A DNA stretch of 64,000 nucleotides from an uncultured Alphaproteobacteria bacterium. Its GTDB lineage: Bacteria; Pseudomonadota; Alphaproteobacteria; HIMB59; GCA-002718135. The position numbers and the translations under genes were made by a program. The stretch is from positions 68,936-132,935 of the forward strand of contig CACMRK010000002.1 of assembly GCA_902616075.1 (NCBI GenBank), in the 5' to 3' direction. The notes under the pieces are model-generated. The model did no database searches. It was not told the DNA's origin and worked only from the letters and a program-made list of their open reading frames with translations. Below are positions 23,717-33,838 of this stretch, piece by piece. Each line of letters opens with the position of its first letter. The first letter of the stretch is position 1.

Positions 23717-25033
23717 TTAATGCATCAAGGGGGACCAAGCTGGATCAGAGCCTCCTAAAGGTGTTATTACTTTTCTTTCATTAAAACCAGTTAAATCAAT
23801 AGAATATAGGCTGGATTCACCTCCAGATCCATCCTCAGCAGTTCTCTCTTCCTTGAAATACATCAAAAATCTACCATTTGGGGCCCAAGTTGGCCCTTCA
23901 ACATGGAAAGATTTTGCAATCATTCTTTCATTTGAACCATCTACCTCCATAACACCTATATAAAATTGCCCTCCCTCTTGTTTGGTAAATGCAATCATAT
24001 CACCTCTTGGAGACCAGACTGGTGTGTAGTAACTTCCTGCTTCCCTACTAATTCTTTTAATATTTTTTCCATTATTATCACTTACATACAAATGTCTTCT
24101 TCCACTTCTATCTGAATTAAAAACTATTTTTTTCCCATCGGGTGAAAAACTTGCAGAAACATCTATTGAAGAATTATTAGTAACTCTTTTTGAAATTCTT
24201 GTTTTTAGATCAAGAATATAAATTTCGGAATTACCAATTTCAGGATCAGTGTAGGACATTACAATTTGATTACCATCAGGTGAAAAACGTGGAGCAAATG
24301 TCATTCCAGGAAACTCACCTACTATTTCTTGCTTACCGGTTTCAATATCAAATATGTAAACTCTTGGATTATTTCTATTTACATATGACATGTATGTTAT
24401 TTTTTGTGAATTAGGAGAGAATCTTGGAGTTAATACTAAGTATGATCCATCCGTTAAAAAACGATGATTTGATTGATCTTGATCCATTATTGCTAATCTT
24501 TTTTGTTTATTTTCTTTTGGGCCAGTCTCAGCAACGTAAACTATTCTTGTATCAAAGTAACCACCTTCACCAGTGATATTTTTAAAAATGGAATCTGAAA
24601 TAATATGAGCAACTCTTCTCCAATTTTTTTCATTAGTCTCATATTTTTTTCCTACGATTTGCTTTTGTTGAAAGACATCAAACAACCTAAACTCAACAGA
24701 TATTTTACCATTGTTTGTTGAAATTTTTCCAGAAACTAAATGTTGGGCCTTTATTAATTTCCAATCTTCAAATCTAGGTTTATTTGATAAAGATTCATTA
24801 TCTTGAATAAAAGATCTTTTATCTATTGGTAAAAAAAGCCCAGACCTTTCTAAGTTATCTGAAATAACAGTTGAAATATTTTTACCTACTTTAGTTAATT
24901 GTGAATTTTTTGAGTATAGCTCTGTTACAGCTATTGGAGTTGGCTTCACACTACCTTGTGTTAGAGTCACTTCTAATGAATGGACTTTTAAACTCGAAAA
25001 TAAAAAAAGGGTTATTAAGAAAATTTTTTTCAT
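23717..25033 (-). CDS. tolB: Tol-Pal beta-propeller protein TolB
   Basis: PD40 repeats (PRFSP, PVWSP, PAWSP), GYFDTRIVYV; ATG overlaps the tolA stop. Confidence 0.96.
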   Translation of the reverse strand: MKKIFLITLFLFSSLKVHSLEVTLTQGSVKPTPIAVTELYSKNSQLTKVGKNISTVISDNLERSGLFLPIDKRSFIQDNESLSNKPRFEDWKLIKAQHLVSGKISTNNGKISVEFRLFDVFQQKQIVGKKYETNEKNWRRVAHIISDSIFKNITGEGGYFDTRIVYVAETGPKENKQKRLAIMDQDQSNHRFLTDGSYLVLTPRFSPNSQKITYMSYVNRNNPRVYIFDIETGKQEIVGEFPGMTFAPRFSPDGNQIVMSYTDPEIGNSEIYILDLKTRISKRVTNNSSIDVSASFSPDGKKIVFNSDRSGRRHLYVSDNNGKNIKRISREAGSYYTPVWSPRGDMIAFTKQEGGQFYIGVMEVDGSNERMIAKSFHVEGPTWAPNGRFLMYFKEERTAEDGSGGESSLYSIDLTGFNERKVITPLGGSDPAWSPLMH

Positions 25034-26103
25034 CAATATCCTTTCATAATACTATAATCAAAAGTAATTGTAAGATTTTTCCATAGATTATATTTATCTT
25101 TTGGAAGTTTTAACGGTGTACATTCTGGGTTTAAAAGAGTTCTCATTGCGCTATCTGTGATTGGTCCATAAAATGGATTAGTTTTAGCAATATTTGTGTC
25201 AACAATGCGGATGCTGCTTGGTGAAACCTTCATATTTTGTAATATTTTTGCTGAAATTGTTACTTTGTCTCCTCTTTTTATAACTGCACCTGCTGGCGCA
25301 TTCCAACAAGAAGATAATTGCTGTCTCAACATGTCTATTTCAGATATTGATAGCATAATATTGTCATCAGTATCATCTGTACTTTTATTATCAACCTCTG
25401 CAACTTCTTCTTTAACCTCATTTTGAACCATATTTGTTTTTTCATTTCTTAAATCTTTAAGCATAGATGCTATGCTAAAATCTTTTTCAGGTTTCGGCTT
25501 TGGTTTAGATACGGCTTTATCACTTTCCAACTTTGGTTTATCCTTTATGTTTGTTTCAACATCTAAATCTGATTTAACATTTTCATTATTTATATTTTTT
25601 GGCTTTGGTTTGAGTTTTGGTTTAATTATATCAGTTTTAATTGTTTCTATTTTTTTCTTAACCTCTAAAATTTCCTTTTCTTTGATAACTACTTTTTTTG
25701 TTTCCTTAACATCTAAATTTGGAGTTTGTTTCATTTTCAAAACTGGTTGATTGGGATTAGTTTTTTCTTCAATTTCAGTTTTATTTATTTCAACATTTTT
25801 TTTTACTTCTAATTGATCTGATGAATTAAATTTTTTTTTCTTAGTAATTGTTTCCTTATTTTTATTTTCTGGTTTTTCAGTATCAGATTTTTTCAAATTT
25901 GTATTTTCATCAACATTAAGTATTTCAATAGGTATTACGTTTGGGACGTAGATTTCTTTAGGAGAAAAAAAATTTGGTAAGCCGACCATAAACAAAAGGA
26001 TAATTAAATGTATTAGTGTTGAAAAAATAACTCCTGATGTTTTAGGATTTAAATTTTCAAAAAAGTTTATAATTTTTAAACTATTATAGCTTATATTATC
26101 CAT
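25033..26103 (-). CDS. tolA: TolA-like inner membrane protein
   Basis: TM anchor with S..IH motif, Lys/Glu/Pro-rich linker, C-terminal CWN..G...PECTPLKLP..W domain; position in the tol operon. Confidence 0.85.
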   Translation of the reverse strand: MDNISYNSLKIINFFENLNPKTSGVIFSTLIHLIILLFMVGLPNFFSPKEIYVPNVIPIEILNVDENTNLKKSDTEKPENKNKETITKKKKFNSSDQLEVKKNVEINKTEIEEKTNPNQPVLKMKQTPNLDVKETKKVVIKEKEILEVKKKIETIKTDIIKPKLKPKPKNINNENVKSDLDVETNIKDKPKLESDKAVSKPKPKPEKDFSIASMLKDLRNEKTNMVQNEVKEEVAEVDNKSTDDTDDNIMLSISEIDMLRQQLSSCWNAPAGAVIKRGDKVTISAKILQNMKVSPSSIRIVDTNIAKTNPFYGPITDSAMRTLLNPECTPLKLPKDKYNLWKNLTITFDYSIMKGY

Positions 26104-26532
26104 CTATTGCTCAAGATTTTGAGTAATTAATGCAACTTTAATATATCCTGCTGAATTTATTATGGACATAATTTCCATAATTCTTCCATAAGCTACTACT
26201 CTATCACCTCGTATATAAATTCTTGCTTCTGTGTTTTGTTCAGTAATAGCGTTTAGTCGAGGAATTAAATTTTCTACTTCAACCTTTGATTCTCCAATGT
26301 AGACTTCTCCGTCTAACTTAACGGTTATTTCAATTGGATCTTTAATATCAGTTAATGCAGTGGCTTTAACCTTTGGTAAATCAACTTTTATTCCAACCGT
26401 CAGAAGAGGTGCGGTAACCATAAAAACAATTAGTAAAACAAGCATAACATCTACAAAAGGTGTAACGTTAATTTCACTCATTTGAGTGTATCTTTGTTTC
26501 TTACGTTTGTTTGAATTATTTGAGGTAATCAA
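26104..26532 (-). CDS. tolR: TolR
   Basis: SEINVTPFVDVMLVLLIVFMVTAP. Confidence 0.95.
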   Translation of the reverse strand: MITSNNSNKRKKQRYTQMSEINVTPFVDVMLVLLIVFMVTAPLLTVGIKVDLPKVKATALTDIKDPIEITVKLDGEVYIGESKVEVENLIPRLNAITEQNTEARIYIRGDRVVAYGRIMEIMSIINSAGYIKVALITQNLEQ

Positions 26533-26533
26533 T

Positions 26534-27247
26534 TTATTTTTTCTCTAATTGTCTAAAAAAAATTGTTGAGAATTCATCCATAAATGTTTCCAAGGATATG
26601 AAGTATTTTGATAAATCGTTTGAAATTTTATTGTACGCAACTACGGCAGGTATAGCTACAAAAAGTCCTAATGCTGTTGCAAATAGCGCCTCTGCAATTC
26701 CTGGAGCAACTACTGCTAAATTAGTATTTTGTGCAATTGCGATAGATTTAAAACTATTCATTATACCCCAAACTGTTCCAAATAATCCTATAAACGGAGC
26801 AGTTGATCCAGCTGTTGCGAGGAATGTTAAATTTCTTTCAACATTTTCACTTTCTTTATTAAAAACAACTGTCATTGATCTCATCATTCTATCTTTTAAA
26901 GAATTAATATCAGATGTATCATTTTCAAACTGAGTTTTACTTTTTTTCCACTCTAAAATTGCAGCACAAAATAATTTTGATTTTGGATCCGTCTGATTAA
27001 AGTTTAAAGTTTCATATAAATCTTCAAATGAATTTCCAGACCAAAAAATATCTTCAAATTCTTTTTCAAGTTTTTTTAATTGTCTAATTCTTAAAATTTT
27101 TGAAATTATTACATTCCAAGAATAAAGAGAGGCTAGGATTAAAATTATAATTACAGATTTAACTACAAGGTCAGCTTGCATAAATAACGCAAGCATTGAA
27201 AAATCTGGAGCTTCTGTCGATAAATTTGTGCTATTTATATCTGCCAT
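26534..27247 (-). CDS. tolQ: TolQ
   Basis: PFIGLFGTVWGIM, APGIAEALFATALGL. Confidence 0.96.
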   Translation of the reverse strand: MADINSTNLSTEAPDFSMLALFMQADLVVKSVIIILILASLYSWNVIISKILRIRQLKKLEKEFEDIFWSGNSFEDLYETLNFNQTDPKSKLFCAAILEWKKSKTQFENDTSDINSLKDRMMRSMTVVFNKESENVERNLTFLATAGSTAPFIGLFGTVWGIMNSFKSIAIAQNTNLAVVAPGIAEALFATALGLFVAIPAVVAYNKISNDLSKYFISLETFMDEFSTIFFRQLEKK

Positions 27248-27252
27248 AATAA

Positions 27253-27546
27253 TTATTTTTTTATTTTTTCAAGATCACTACTATGAACCATAACCCAAAA
27301 ACCTGGTCTATTTTTTTCACATAATGCTATTACTGGTGTCTTACCCTCTTCTTTGGCAAGCTTTGCGGTATCATCCCATAAACTAATTGCTGTATGCTTT
27401 GCTCTTAATTTACATTCTATGAATAAATCTTCATGAATTACATCAGCTCTTGTTACTTTACCATTACCTCCGCTCAAAGGTGTCCTTTTCCCATTGAAAT
27501 AGTTTGCAACATCTCTTTCTCTTTTTTTCCAGGCTTTATCAGGCAT
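27253..27546 (-). CDS. PD-(D/E)xK nuclease, putative Hjc-type Holliday junction resolvase
   Basis: E10-R11, R21-TPLSG, A-D35, I-E44-C-K46 and a PVIA strand; AAGGA ribosome-binding site upstream; between yebC and tolQ. Confidence 0.7.
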   Translation of the reverse strand: MPDKAWKKRERDVANYFNGKRTPLSGGNGKVTRADVIHEDLFIECKLRAKHTAISLWDDTAKLAKEEGKTPVIALCEKNRPGFWVMVHSSDLEKIKK

Positions 27547-27560
27547 CTATATTCCTTTCA

Positions 27561-28310
27561 TTAGGCTGTCAGTGAAGATAAAACATTATCATCAACCTCA
27601 AAATTTGATGATACAACTTGAACGTCGTCATTGTCTTCTAAAACTTCAAGTAATTTAAATAGTTTGTCGGCTGTATCTTTTCCAATATTTATATTATTTT
27701 TACTTTTCCAAATTAAATTTGCAGAGTTAGTCTGACCATACTGTTTAATTAATTTATCATTAAGTTCATGCAAATCATTTTGATCACAGTATATTGAATA
27801 TTCTGTGTCATTAATTTCATAATCTTCACTATTATTTTCAATAAGAAACTCTAAAAGTTGATCTTCTTTTACTATGTTTTTATCAAGAGTGATATTTCCA
27901 AATCTATCAAAACCAAAACTAACGCTTCCTGTTTCACCCAAATTACCTCCATGTTTGCTAAAAGATGACCTAATCTCTGCAGCTGTTCTATTTTTATTAT
28001 TTGTAAGGGCCTCAACTATTATTGCAACACCTTCAGGACCATACCCCTCATATCTGACTTCTTCATAATTACTATCAGGATCATTTCCTTGACCTTTTTT
28101 AATTGCTCTTTCAATGTTATCTTTTGGCATATTTAGAGACTTGGCTGAAGAAATTGCAGATCTTAATCTAATATTACTTTCAATATCTTCACCACCGACT
28201 TTGACTGCAACAGATATTTCTCTTCCAAGTCTTGAAAATACCTTTGCTCTTTTTTTATCTTGAGCACCTTTTCGATGCATAATATTTTTAAACTTGGAGT
28301 GTCCTGCCAT
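27561..28310 (-). CDS. yebC: YebC/PmpR family protein
   Basis: MAGHSKFKNI.HRKG.QD, YEGYGP, GG.LGE.GSV, DDVQ.V..N. Confidence 0.96.
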   Translation of the reverse strand: MAGHSKFKNIMHRKGAQDKKRAKVFSRLGREISVAVKVGGEDIESNIRLRSAISSAKSLNMPKDNIERAIKKGQGNDPDSNYEEVRYEGYGPEGVAIIVEALTNNKNRTAAEIRSSFSKHGGNLGETGSVSFGFDRFGNITLDKNIVKEDQLLEFLIENNSEDYEINDTEYSIYCDQNDLHELNDKLIKQYGQTNSANLIWKSKNNINIGKDTADKLFKLLEVLEDNDDVQVVSSNFEVDDNVLSSLTA

Positions 28311-28389
28311 TTCGAGTAGATTTATAAATATTTTATCCGATGTTAGTAAAGATATAAAATATTAGATAAATGTGTCTAATATATGTAAA

Positions 28390-29181
28390 TTATGTCTCTT
28401 GAATTGGGGTAATATTTTTGGCTAAACCATTATTAATATCAATTTCTATTAAAGCTCCACATATAGTTATATTTTCAGTAGCAGGTGTAAATCTACCTTC
28501 AGCCCTATATCCCTTAACAAATCCATGTATTGGATTATTTATATCGAAACCAATTATTGAATTGTAATCACCTGACATTCCAACATCTGTTTGATAAGCT
28601 GTTCCTTTGGGTAAAATAACACTGTCTGCTGTTGGCACATGAGTATGTGTACCTAAAACTGCCGTAACTTGTCCATCAACATAATACCCAAATGCCTTTT
28701 TTTCAGAAGTTGCTTCACCATGCATATCAATAATTATCGCATCACATGTACTACCTAATTTCTCTTTTTGAAGAAATTCAATTATACTTTTAAATGGATC
28801 ATCTAATGATAAATTCATAAATAATCTTAGCATTACTTGTACTACGATAATTTTTTTTCCATTTAAAAGTTCAAACTTATAATATCCTTTTCCAGGAACA
28901 CCGTCAGGGTAATTCAAAGCTCTGATTATCTTTGGATTTTCTTCAATATAAGAAAGCATATCTCTTTGATCCCATGCATGATTCCCAAGTGTAAGTAGAT
29001 CTAATCCGCTGGAAAATAATTCTTCTGCATCCTTTTTTGAAAGTCCATAACCAGAAGTAGCATTTTCACCATTAGCAATAATCATGTCTGTATTGTATTT
29101 AGATTTGAGTGTTGGTATAATTTCTTTAATTTTTTTTCGTGACGCCTTACCGACAATATCACCTATAAAAAGAATTTTCAT
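28390..29181 (-). CDS. ymdB: TIGR00282/YmdB family metallophosphoesterase
   Basis: GDIVG, NGEN, GNHAWD, HGEATSEK, GTHTHVPT, DVGM.G. Confidence 0.92.
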   Translation of the reverse strand: MKILFIGDIVGKASRKKIKEIIPTLKSKYNTDMIIANGENATSGYGLSKKDAEELFSSGLDLLTLGNHAWDQRDMLSYIEENPKIIRALNYPDGVPGKGYYKFELLNGKKIIVVQVMLRLFMNLSLDDPFKSIIEFLQKEKLGSTCDAIIIDMHGEATSEKKAFGYYVDGQVTAVLGTHTHVPTADSVILPKGTAYQTDVGMSGDYNSIIGFDINNPIHGFVKGYRAEGRFTPATENITICGALIEIDINNGLAKNITPIQET

Positions 29182-29759
29182 TGAAAACTATATAAATTTT
29201 TTTCAGTAATAACATAATCCACTTTAAAATCAAATTTGTCTATGGGTATGTAATCTAATTTTTGTTCTTCATATGCATAGGCTACAGAGATGAATCTATG
29301 ATTAATTTTATTTAAATAATCAAAAGTCCTGTCATAATAACCTCCCCCATAACCTAATCTATTTCCCTGATTATCAAAAGCTAAACAAGGTACAAAAATT
29401 AATTCAGGATTAAAAATTTTATTATTATTTTGAGGCTCTGATATATTCATATGTCCTTTTACAAAATTTTCTTCACTCTTAAATTGTTTAAAGATTAAAT
29501 GACTATTTTTTTTCTCAATTACAGGCAGACATAAAATTTTATTTTTAATAAAGATAAGATTGTTTAGCTCTCTTGTATTTATCTCAGAATTTATAGAAAT
29601 AAAACTAGATACTATATTGATTTCTTGAAAGTTAATTTTTTCAAAAAATTCATTAAACAAAGATAAAGCAAAATGAGATGGCTTGTTATTGAAAATCTTA
29701 TCTCTTATAATTTTTTGTTTTTTTCTGATAATTGATTTTTCATCTTTAATATTATTCAT
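29178..29759 (-). CDS. ygfA: 5-formyltetrahydrofolate cyclo-ligase
   Basis: VP.LAFD..GNRLGYGGGYYDR, D...D...TE. Confidence 0.94.
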   Translation of the reverse strand: MNNIKDEKSIIRKKQKIIRDKIFNNKPSHFALSLFNEFFEKINFQEINIVSSFISINSEINTRELNNLIFIKNKILCLPVIEKKNSHLIFKQFKSEENFVKGHMNISEPQNNNKIFNPELIFVPCLAFDNQGNRLGYGGGYYDRTFDYLNKINHRFISVAYAYEEQKLDYIPIDKFDFKVDYVITEKNLYSFQ

Positions 29760-30171
29760 AATAAGAATTCTTAATTATATCAATTAAACCCTCTACTTTT
29801 TTATTTATTTCATCAAATTCTTGATCTAATTTCAATTTTTCATCTTCTAAAATTTTTTTTTCATTTTGTAGTTTTAGTATTTTATCTTTAAGTTCTAAAT
29901 TGTTCTTTAGATATTCTTCATTCTTGGCATCATTTACTTCTGAACTTCTTTCTACATTTAATTTTTCTGAAAGCTCTGCTTGAAGCTCAATAGAAAGAAG
30001 TGATAACAATATAGTATCACTTATTTTTCCATTAGAATATTTTGGATTTTGTAATTTATCATCAATTTTTTCATTAATTAAATTTATTGAATCTATTATT
30101 TTTTTTTCATCTTTTTTTTCATATTCTAATGATATTTCTCTGTTTAAAATTTTTGTCTTATAAAAAGGCAT
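29752..30171 (-). CDS. zapA: Cell division protein ZapA-like, with extended C-terminal coiled coil
   Basis: N-terminal beta hairpin (KILNREISLEY), helix with LLSLLSIEL, long coiled coil; canonical position upstream of ygfA. Confidence 0.65.
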   Translation of the reverse strand: MPFYKTKILNREISLEYEKKDEKKIIDSINLINEKIDDKLQNPKYSNGKISDTILLSLLSIELQAELSEKLNVERSSEVNDAKNEEYLKNNLELKDKILKLQNEKKILEDEKLKLDQEFDEINKKVEGLIDIIKNSYYE

Positions 30172-30173
30172 AG

Positions 30174-30362
30174 TTATTTCTTAATTAGAAGTTCCAATTC
30201 ATCAATATACTCGGACATTTGTTTTCGTAAATTTTTAATTTCATTTTCAAGATTTTTAATTTTTTCTTTTTTGGAAATATGATGATCCCTAAAATCTTCT
30301 ACAGCTGATCTTAGATTATTTAAGTTTTCGCTTAGAACTGTAATTTTTTTTTGTATTTCCAT
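30174..30362 (-). CDS. Small coiled-coil protein upstream of zapA (DUF4164/ZapB-like position)
   Basis: 62-aa heptad-rich ORF, divergent from tkt, in the usual alphaproteobacterial arrangement. Confidence 0.6.
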   Translation of the reverse strand: MEIQKKITVLSENLNNLRSAVEDFRDHHISKKEKIKNLENEIKNLRKQMSEYIDELELLIKK

Positions 30363-30447
30363 TATAATTTTATAGTTTGTAATTTTATAATTGTCACTGT
30401 AATGAACCCATATTAAATAATTTTATATCAACCATAAAGGTAAGTAT

Positions 30448-32424
30448 TTGAATAATTTAAATAATATCAACAATCTAAGACAATTATCAAATTGTATTAG
30501 ATTTTTATCAATGGATGCAGTGGAAAAAGCAAAATCTGGTCATCCTGGTATGCCTATGGGTATGGCAGACATCGCAACAATTCTTTATAAAAATCATTTA
30601 AAGTTTAATCCGAATGATCCGGAGTGGATTGATAGAGATAGATTAATTATTTCAAATGGGCATGGCTCAATGCTTTTATACTCTTGTTTGTATCTAACAG
30701 GATATAAAGACATTGACATAAATCAAATTAAAAATTTTAGACAATTACATAATAAAACTGCAGGTCACCCAGAATACGGAAGTGCAGAAGGGATAGAAAC
30801 AACTACTGGGCCTTTGTCTCAAGGTTTAGCAAATGCAGTTGGAATGGCGCTAGCGGAAAAAAAATTATCAAATAATTATGGAAAAGAATTATTCGATCAT
30901 TACACTTATGTTTTTGCTGGAGATGGATGCTTAATGGAAGGTTTAAGTCATGAAGCATGTAGTCTCGCAGGACATTTAAAATTAAATAAGCTTATTATGT
31001 TTTTTGATAATAATTCTATTTCCATAGATGGATCAACAGATCTTTCAGTTTCAGACAATGTGAAAAAAAGATTTGAAGCTTATAATTGGAATATAATTGA
31101 AATAGATGGTCATAAATATGAGGAAATTGATCAAGCTATAATTCAAGCAAAAAAAAATGATGCTCCAACAATTATATCTTGTAAAACTAAAATTGGTTTT
31201 GGTGCTCCAAACAAAGAGGGTTCAGCTTCATCACATGGTTCACCTCTTGGTGAAGATGAAATTAGTTTAACAAGAAAAAAATTAGAATGGAATTATTCGC
31301 CGTTTGAAATTCCAGATGATTTATTACGTGAGTGGAGAAGTTTCTATAAAAGAAATATAGAATCAAGAAATTCATGGTTATCAAAAAACAAAGAATTAAT
31401 TGAAAGTAAAAATTTTAAAGATAGTTTTTATCAAAAAATTGATCATCAAATTCCAGAAAAACTTAGTGAATTAAAATCTGAGCATTTTAATGATAAAACA
31501 AATTGTGCATCAAGAAAATCGAGTGAGCTAACGTTAAATTTAATTTCAAACTATCAAAAAAATCTTATTGGTGGTTCTGCTGATCTTACTGGATCAAACA
31601 ACACTAAAGCAAAAGATATGAATGTAATTACATCTGATAATTTTAATGGCAATTATATTCATTACGGCATCAGAGAGCATGGAATGGCTGGAGTAATGAA
31701 TGGCATTTCTTTGCATAAAGGTTTAATTCCGTACGGAGGAACGTTTTTGGTATTCACTGATTATTGCAGACCTTCAATTAGGTTATCAGCTATTATGAAT
31801 ATACCAGTTATTTATGTAATGACACATGACTCAATAGGATTAGGAGAAGATGGGCCGACCCATCAACCAGTTGAACATCTTGCATCTCTGAGAGCTATAC
31901 CAAATTTAACAATCATTAGGCCTTGTGATATTATTGAAACTATAGAAGCATGGGAATGTGCCATTAACAATACTGGACCAACAATCTTAGTTTTAACAAG
32001 ACAAAATCTACCAATGTTACAAAAAGAGAACCGAAAAGAAAATCTTGTAAAAAAAGGTGCTTATAAAATAAGAGATTTTAAAGAATATGATGCAACAATT
32101 TTATCTTCTGGTTCTGAAGTTGAGATTGCTTGCTCTGCATCAAATAAACTTTTTGAAAATAATGATTTAAAGATAAGAGTTGTCAGCATGTCTTCATTTG
32201 AATTGTTTGAGAAAAATGATGATAGCTATAAAAATGAAATTCTAGGAAATAAACCTATTTTTGCTATTGAGGCTGGAGTAATAAATGGTTGGGAAAAATA
32301 TATTAAAAATGAAAATTTTGTTGGTATGTTAACTTTTGGTGAAAGTGGTCCATACAAAGATTTATATAACCACTTTAAGATAACAGATGATTACTTAATT
32401 GAAAAAATAATTAAAACTTTATAA
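30448..32424 (+). CDS. tkt: Transketolase
   Basis: SGHPG, GHPE, GDGCLMEG, YGIREHGM, THDSIGLGEDGPTHQP. Confidence 0.98.
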   Translation: MNNLNNINNLRQLSNCIRFLSMDAVEKAKSGHPGMPMGMADIATILYKNHLKFNPNDPEWIDRDRLIISNGHGSMLLYSCLYLTGYKDIDINQIKNFRQLHNKTAGHPEYGSAEGIETTTGPLSQGLANAVGMALAEKKLSNNYGKELFDHYTYVFAGDGCLMEGLSHEACSLAGHLKLNKLIMFFDNNSISIDGSTDLSVSDNVKKRFEAYNWNIIEIDGHKYEEIDQAIIQAKKNDAPTIISCKTKIGFGAPNKEGSASSHGSPLGEDEISLTRKKLEWNYSPFEIPDDLLREWRSFYKRNIESRNSWLSKNKELIESKNFKDSFYQKIDHQIPEKLSELKSEHFNDKTNCASRKSSELTLNLISNYQKNLIGGSADLTGSNNTKAKDMNVITSDNFNGNYIHYGIREHGMAGVMNGISLHKGLIPYGGTFLVFTDYCRPSIRLSAIMNIPVIYVMTHDSIGLGEDGPTHQPVEHLASLRAIPNLTIIRPCDIIETIEAWECAINNTGPTILVLTRQNLPMLQKENRKENLVKKGAYKIRDFKEYDATILSSGSEVEIACSASNKLFENNDLKIRVVSMSSFELFEKNDDSYKNEILGNKPIFAIEAGVINGWEKYIKNENFVGMLTFGESGPYKDLYNHFKITDDYLIEKIIKTL

Positions 32425-32435
32425 AAAGGAGAAAT

Positions 32436-33440
32436 ATGAAAGTTGCAATAAATGGATTTGGAAGAATTGGAAAACTTGTTTTTAGAGCTTTATTAGAAAA
32501 AAATCCTAAAGATATTAATATTGTAGCTATTAATGAACTAGGTAGTGTTGAGAGCAGTGCTCACTTACTTAAATATGACAGTGTTCACGGTATTCTTAAA
32601 GATGGAATTAGTTCAATCAAAAATGGATTAAAAATTGGTAAACATAAAATTAATTTTTATTCCGAAAGAGATCCAAATAACCTTCCTTGGAAATCACTCA
32701 AGGTAGATGTTGTTCTTGAATGTAGTGGTGTTTTTACTTCAAAAGAAAAGGCGATTTCTCATTTAAATGCAGGAGCAAAAAAAGTTATTATTTCAGCACC
32801 AGCTTCAAATGTAGATGCTACAATTGTACAAGGTGTAAATAACGATACCATTAAAAAAAATCATAACGTAATTTCAAATGGATCTTGTACTACTAACTGT
32901 CTTGCTCCTTTAGCTATGGTTCTTGATGAAAAATTAGGAATTGAAAGTGGTTTCATGACAACTATTCATAGTTACACTGGTGATCAAAGAACTGTTGATC
33001 AAACCCATTCTGACTTTAGAAGAGCAAGGGCAGCAGCTGAGTCAATGATTCCGACTTCTACAGGAGCAGCAAAGGCTTTGAGTCTAGTCTTACCAAAATT
33101 AAAAGGTAAACTAGATGGAACTGCTATTCGAGTACCTACTCCTAATGTCTCACTTATAGATCTTACATTTGTAAGTAAGAAAAAAACTAGCCCAGAAAAA
33201 ATTAATTCTATAGTTCTTCAAGCTTCAAAAACTAAAAAATTAAATGGAATTCTAACAACAAACTCATTACCTCTAGTTTCAATTGATTTTAATCATAATT
33301 CAAGCAGTTCTATATTTGATATGAGTCAAACTCAAGTTGTCAAAGATAAATTCTGTAGAGTTTTATCTTGGTATGATAATGAATGGGGATTCTCAAATAG
33401 AATGGTAGACACTATGGTTGATCTTAAAAAATTTATTTAG
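32436..33440 (+). CDS. gap: Type I glyceraldehyde-3-phosphate dehydrogenase
   Basis: INGFGRIG, SCTTNCLAP, WYDNEWG. Confidence 0.97.
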   Translation: MKVAINGFGRIGKLVFRALLEKNPKDINIVAINELGSVESSAHLLKYDSVHGILKDGISSIKNGLKIGKHKINFYSERDPNNLPWKSLKVDVVLECSGVFTSKEKAISHLNAGAKKVIISAPASNVDATIVQGVNNDTIKKNHNVISNGSCTTNCLAPLAMVLDEKLGIESGFMTTIHSYTGDQRTVDQTHSDFRRARAAAESMIPTSTGAAKALSLVLPKLKGKLDGTAIRVPTPNVSLIDLTFVSKKKTSPEKINSIVLQASKTKKLNGILTTNSLPLVSIDFNHNSSSSIFDMSQTQVVKDKFCRVLSWYDNEWGFSNRMVDTMVDLKKFI

Positions 33441-33838
33441 TGGCTAAAAAAATTTGTTTTGCAGTATCGACACTAACACAAATTGAAAATTTAATAGAAC
33501 TTCGAAAATCAAAGTTCAAAACTTCGATCATATTTATAAAATATTTTTTAATTAAAGGTTTTGGGATAGAGTGGCTTAGAACGTTAATAAACCATATTAA
33601 AAATAAATATAAGTCACACAATATTAAGTTTTTTATCGACTCAGGCTATGATCAAGGTCTTAGTATATTATTAACTCACGAAAATATTGATTTTTTAAAA
33701 TTAAAAAATAATAAAATCATCTTAAATAAAATTAATCAAATTGCTAAAAAAAATAAGGTTTTATTAAATCCAACTTTTGATGTAGTAGATCTTACGAAAA
33801 TTAAAAATATACAAAAAAAACTTAAGATAAAACTATGA
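33440..33838 (+). CDS. Hypothetical protein (conserved alphaproteobacterial, partial barrel-like)
   Basis: Fills the gap-efp interval with overlaps at both ends; contains IDSGYDQGL. Confidence 0.65.
   Translation: MAKKICFAVSTLTQIENLIELRKSKFKTSIIFIKYFLIKGFGIEWLRTLINHIKNKYKSHNIKFFIDSGYDQGLSILLTHENIDFLKLKNNKIILNKINQIAKKNKVLLNPTFDVVDLTKIKNIQKKLKIKL

Noticed and set aside
28311-28389. Weak AT-rich hairpin between ymdB and yebC as a possible ncRNA or 6S remnant
   Set aside because: Only 79 bp, imperfect and AT-rich; more likely promoter or spacer sequence.
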